A DNA stretch of 42,274 bases from Octopus sinensis (taxonomy: Eukaryota), in the NCBI RefSeq assembly GCF_006345805.1, contig NW_021835941.1, positions 1-42,274 of the forward strand, read 5' to 3'. A program made the translations under genes and the position numbers. How positions within the stretch are numbered: position 1 is the first letter of the stretch; each line of letters starts with the position of its first letter. The notes beneath the pieces are model-generated. The model was not told the DNA's origin. It searched no databases and was given only the letters and a program-made list of their open reading frames with translations. Below, piece after piece: positions 37,198 through 42,274 of this stretch.

Positions 37198-37579
37198 CCA
37201 TGTGCTGTTTAGGGTCTCTGTTGGCAGTTTATCAAAAAATGTACGTAGTTTCTTTTCTCATATGTTCGGTTATTTTGTCCATGTCTCCAATAGTTCCTAT
37301 GTTCGAAGAATTTTCCACATCATTTACACAGGAACAATCTTGTTTTACGGTCGCTCTGTCAAGTTTCTGGAAGCCGAGGTGGCGCTGCTCATCCTGCCAT
37401 CTCGTTCGTCGTTGACTCTACAATCACTCTAGGGTCCTTGCAATCACTGTAGGATTAAACTGCCCATCGGAGGTTAAATAACGTGCCTCAAACAGCTTCT
37501 GCCCATCACTAATGAAAGGCTCAGGTTATGTCAATGGATCGTGAGAGGGGTTGTCTGAAAAAAAGCTTCAGTTTTCAGA

Positions 37580-37722
37580 AGAATCGTTAGAAAGCTGGAG
37601 AAAATACTTAGCAGTATTCACGTTCTGAGTTCAAATTTCGCCGAGGTCGACTTTGCTTTTCATCCTTTCGGGGTCGTACCAGTTGAACACTGGGGTCGAT
37701 ATAATCGACTCATCCTCTCCAC
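37580..37722 (+). mobile_element. SINE family 2 fragment
   Basis: GTTCTGAGTTCAAATTTCGCCGAGGTCGACTTTGC body. Confidence 0.85.
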
Positions 37723-37763
37723 GGAACTCGCTGACCTTGAGCCACAATATGAACTATTATTAT

Positions 37764-38000
37764 TACCTATTTCTTTACTACCCACAAGGGGCTAAACACA
37801 GAGGAGACAAACAAGGACAGACAAACGGATTAAGTCGATTACATCGACCCCAGTGCGTAACTGGTACTTAATTTATCGACCCCGAAAGGATGAAAGGCAA
37901 AGTCGACCTTGGCGGAATTTGAACTCAGAACGTAACGGCAGACGAAATACGGCTACGCATTTCGCCCGGCGTGCTAACGTTTCTGCCAACTCGCCACCTT
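37764..38000 (-). mobile_element. SINE family 2, full length, tail A
   Basis: Near-identical to 30100-30334. Confidence 0.92.
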
Positions 38001-38182
38001 TTATTATTATTATTACCATTTGAAAAGGCGTAAGCACACGTACGCACATACAAACACATTTATGTATGTATATATATATAGAAGGCATATAGACTGATAG
38101 ATACATAGATACATGCCTACATACCTAACTATACACCACCCACTTACATTCATACATACACATATATGCATATATATTTGCA

Positions 38183-38260
<78 letters not shown>

Positions 38261-39490
38261 CAAAGTTTGGACAAAGTAATGGAAACAACATCATAGCATC
38301 ATTATTTTGAAATATTTATAAAACTGTCAAAAGCTTGTTTATTTTTATATTTTTTTTATTTATTATTAGTGTTGCTTAATATGTTTTGCTAAAATTACTG
38401 TTTCTTTTCAGATATCATCAGAAAATGGTAATTAAAATTCATTAAAATAGATAGATCTATCGGACTTTCAAAGAGATCAAATTGTTGGTGCTCGATGGCA
38501 GGCGCTAACTTAACAAAAAATAGTCGAAATGTTTGATGTATCAAGAAGTACTGTCTCAAAAGTAATGTCAGCCTTTGAGAAAGAGAGAAACACCTCCTCG
38601 TCAAAACAAAACTCCAGAAGAAAACCAAACCTTTCAGATAGGGACTGTCAGACTCATGCGAATTGTTAGAAAGGATCACAAAAGTACAACTCCCAAAATT
38701 ACTTTAGAGCTTAATGACCACCCCGAGAACCCAGTTTCCACAAAACTGTTCGCCCGGAGCTGCACAAAGCCGGATTTCACAGGAAGGCTGCAATCAGAAT
38801 ACCACTACTTCCAAAAACAAATGTTGCAAAGCGTTTAGAATGGAGTAAAAACCTACAGAATTGGTCCCTAGAGCAGTAGAAGAATGTTATTTTCTGGGAC
38901 GAATCATCCTATACCTTATTTCCGACCTACGGCCGAGTATACTTGTGGGGACAGCCAAAAGAAGCATTTGCCTTCTTCCAAATAGGATCTGTGATGATCT
39001 GGGAGGTGGGGCTATATCTTGGAAATCCGCCCATCCAATGGTTTCCCTTCATGACAGAATTAATAGTCAAGACTATCTAAACATTTTATCTGATCAGATT
39101 CATCCTATGGTTGAGAACTGTTTCCGGAGGGAAACGCAATCTTTCAGGATGATAATGCACCAATTCACACAGCTAAAATTGTTACTGAATGGCACGAGGA
39201 ACATTCTAGTGAACTTGAACATCTTATTTGGCCACCACAGTCCCCAGATCTCAATATTAATGAACATTTCTGGTGCATTTTAGAAAAGCAAGTAAGGAGT
39301 CGATATCCTCCACCATCATCACTACTAGAACCGGAGACTGTTTTAGTTGAAGAATGGACACAATTCAAACCTTGTCGAGTTCATCCATCGTAGAATTCAA
39401 GCTGTAATTACTGCCAAGGGCAATCCTGCCCCATGTCAAAATAAATTTATTTGAAATTTAAGGTGTTTTCATTATTTTGACAAAACCTTA
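38261..39490 (+). mobile_element. Full-length Tc1-like transposon with DD36E triad (Incomer-like), inactivated
   Basis: 1230 bp with TA flanks and 29-bp TIRs matching at 22/29. DLSDFQRDQIVGAR, WDESS (38898), FQDD (39151), SPDLNINE (39262); 36 codons between the second D and the E. Several frameshifts. Confidence 0.92.
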
Positions 39491-39513
39491 TATATTACAA
39501 ACATATGTATACG

Positions 39514-39545
<32 letters not shown>

Positions 39546-40696
39546 ATCTATCTATCTATCTATCTATCTAATCATCTATCTCTCTCTCTCTCCTCTATAT
39601 ATCTAATATATATATATATAGTATATAGATATATATATATATATACATATATATGTACTACACACACATATATGTATGTGTGTGTGTATACATATATATA
39701 TATTTATGGGCATATATCTATCTATGTATATATATATATATATAGATATATATGTATATGTATGTGCGCATGCGTGAGTGTGTGTGTGTACATGAGAAAG
39801 AGAAGGAGAGGAAGAGAGAGTGTGCGTGTATGTAGAAATAGCGACAAAAATAAAAGAGAGAAGAGGGAGAGAGAGAGAGAGGGGAGAGAGGGGGGAGAAG
39901 AAGGAGAAAGAGATGTATGTATATTCTTGTATGCAGAACAAATACATATTTATGTCAATTTCTGTCATAATTTTATAAATGTGTATGTTCACATGAATGC
40001 GTTTGCATTCATAATGTATACGGTTACAACAAACATATGCATATACGAGACAGAAGATATGAATACACACATACAAACACACTGAACTCACATATCTCTG
40101 CTTTTCTTACACACACACACACACACATACACACACATAACCATACGCACGCACAGACGAATGATGGGTTATGTGTTTAAGTAAATAATACGTATATGTA
40201 CATACACACACCTGTCGTATATATAAATGTCTCCAGTACGAGCGTGTACGTACGTAACATGTGTAAAAATGTGCGTGAGTCTGTAGGTAACTATGTGTAT
40301 GAATATATATGTGCGTATATATATATATATAATATATATATATACGTATGTATATATAGATATACATATGTATATATATATATATTTATATATATACTTA
40401 TAACAATGTATATATACATATATACATATGTATACACATATATAGATGTGTATATGTATATATATATATACATAGACACATACATATGTATTAATGTCTA
40501 TACGTATACATATATATTTATATATATGTGTACATATAGAAATATAAAGATGCGCTTATATACATAGATACAATATGTATTTATGTGTGTATAAATATAT
40601 ATATATAGTGATATTCATGTATACATACGCATATATATATATACACACATATGCATATATAAATATATGTACATACATACACACATACATACATAT

Positions 40697-40777
<81 letters not shown>

Positions 40778-41128
40778 TGTGTTAGTTTGTGTATGTTTTT
40801 GCAAATAAGCGAATGTGTTCGTATGTGCATGCATGTGTGTACGTGTGTGTGTGTGTGTTCTTGGGTTTTCTAAGAAAAATTAATGGCGTCTTGTAACGTA
40901 AATGTTGTCATATAATCCATTTAGGATTAGCTGATATCAAGATTTAGTTTCGCTTTCTTCACACAAGAGATTTGCAATTGTGAGTACGGAAAGATAATTC
41001 CAGAAAAATGTAACACACACACCACACACATACACACACACACACAACACACACACACCCACGCACTCACACATCACACACACATATATTATATATATTT
41101 GTGTGTGTATATATATTATATATAATAA

Positions 41129-41159
<31 letters not shown>

Positions 41160-41214
41160 ATATATATATTAGATACATATATATATAAATACACATATAT
41201 ATAAAAAATATATG

Positions 41215-41252
<38 letters not shown>

Positions 41253-42274
41253 TTATATATAATATATATATGTATATATATGAAATTGAAGAGAAAGAAG
41301 CAGTAAAATATAACAGGCTAGAAATAAATATATGAACAAATAAATATATTTCTAACAAACGATTTTTTTATTTCATTTTTCTCGCTTTTTCCGCATCCCC
41401 TGTCCGCCATCTTATTTGCCTCCATCTCCACCTTCATTCACTGTTAGGTTCTAGAATCTTTTTATTAACGTCACGCATTTAGTTTTCTAGATAGTGGACT
41501 TGGCTGGTATTGGGAAAATATAAAAAAAAAAAAAAAATTGGTAAAAGCAAATTTAAAAAAGAAAACAACATGGCGGTGTTGTAGAAAAATATAAGACGGA
41601 ATAATAATAATAATATATAATAATAAAATAATCATAATAATAATAATATAATAATAATAATATAATAATAAAATAATAAGAAGAAGAAAAGAAGCAGAAG
41701 AAGAAGAAGACAGAAGAGAGAAGAAGAAGAAGAAGAAGAGAAGAAGAAGAAGAAGAAGAAGATAGAAGAAGAAGAAGAATGATGTGATGCTGATTCTGAA
41801 AAATAAACGTGGATATTAGTAACGAAACGAAATCAGTGATGGATGAGGTGAAGCAGTCGATCCCTATTAAATTGAAGCATTCGTATACAGAATGGAGAAA
41901 AAATTGGAGAAGAGAGACGAAAAAGATAGAAAGGAAGGAAAGAAAGAAAGAAAGAAAGAAAGAAAGGAAGGAAGGAAAGGAAGAAAGTATTGAATTGAAT
42001 GCATACGTGAATGACTTAATATCTAAATGAATGAACGAGATATAAAAGAGAATAAGCGAAAGAAATGTACATAGTAACATTATTGAATAATTGAATTATG
42101 TATGTACATGCATACATAAATACATACATACGTATGTGTGTGTATTTATATATATATGTGTATGTATGTGGAGCGACTAAACGGAATCGGTCATCGGAGT
42201 GTTTTATTAATAAATCATAACCTTTAATAATAAAACTGCTTAATATTATATAACTGTGAAGTGTTTTTCGAGCG

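Noticed and set aside
41553-42080. 175-aa and 73-aa ORFs
   Set aside because: Dominated by (AAT)n, (GAA)n and (GAAA)n repeats.
1-42274. CRISPR array, rRNA or prokaryotic operon
   Set aside because: No regular repeat-spacer array or rRNA-like sequence; the window is eukaryotic repeat-rich DNA.

Overview
Eukaryotic, AT-rich, microsatellite-saturated DNA. It is almost certainly coleoid cephalopod (Octopus-like); this is inferred from the tRNA-derived SINE families and the repeat landscape, not shown directly. No host protein-coding gene can be identified with confidence, and nearly all tracked ORFs are translations of (TA)n, (CA)n, (TATG)n, (GATA)n, (GAT)n or (GGT)n repeats. The window reads as a large intron or intergenic stretch layered with mobile-element remnants: four SINE families, two Tx1/L1-clade LINE 3' fragments, an R4/Dong-like fragment, a DD41D transposase relic with a nested TTAA piggyBac-type MITE, a truncated mariner, a full-length DD36E (Incomer-like) Tc1 and a Tc1/mariner MITE. 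The standout signal is a set of short non-coding repeats carrying minimal type I hammerhead-ribozyme (HHR) folds. Four different HHR variants cluster within about 1.2 kb (19.57-20.76 kb), with further copies elsewhere. Their C3:G8 tertiary pair co-varies (C:G, G:C, U:A). All cluster variants have an extra nucleotide after A9 and a palindromic stem III, and most host elements end on a (TA)n or (TAA)n tract. This points to Penelope-derived or retrozyme-like self-cleaving elements. Cleavage activity is untested.
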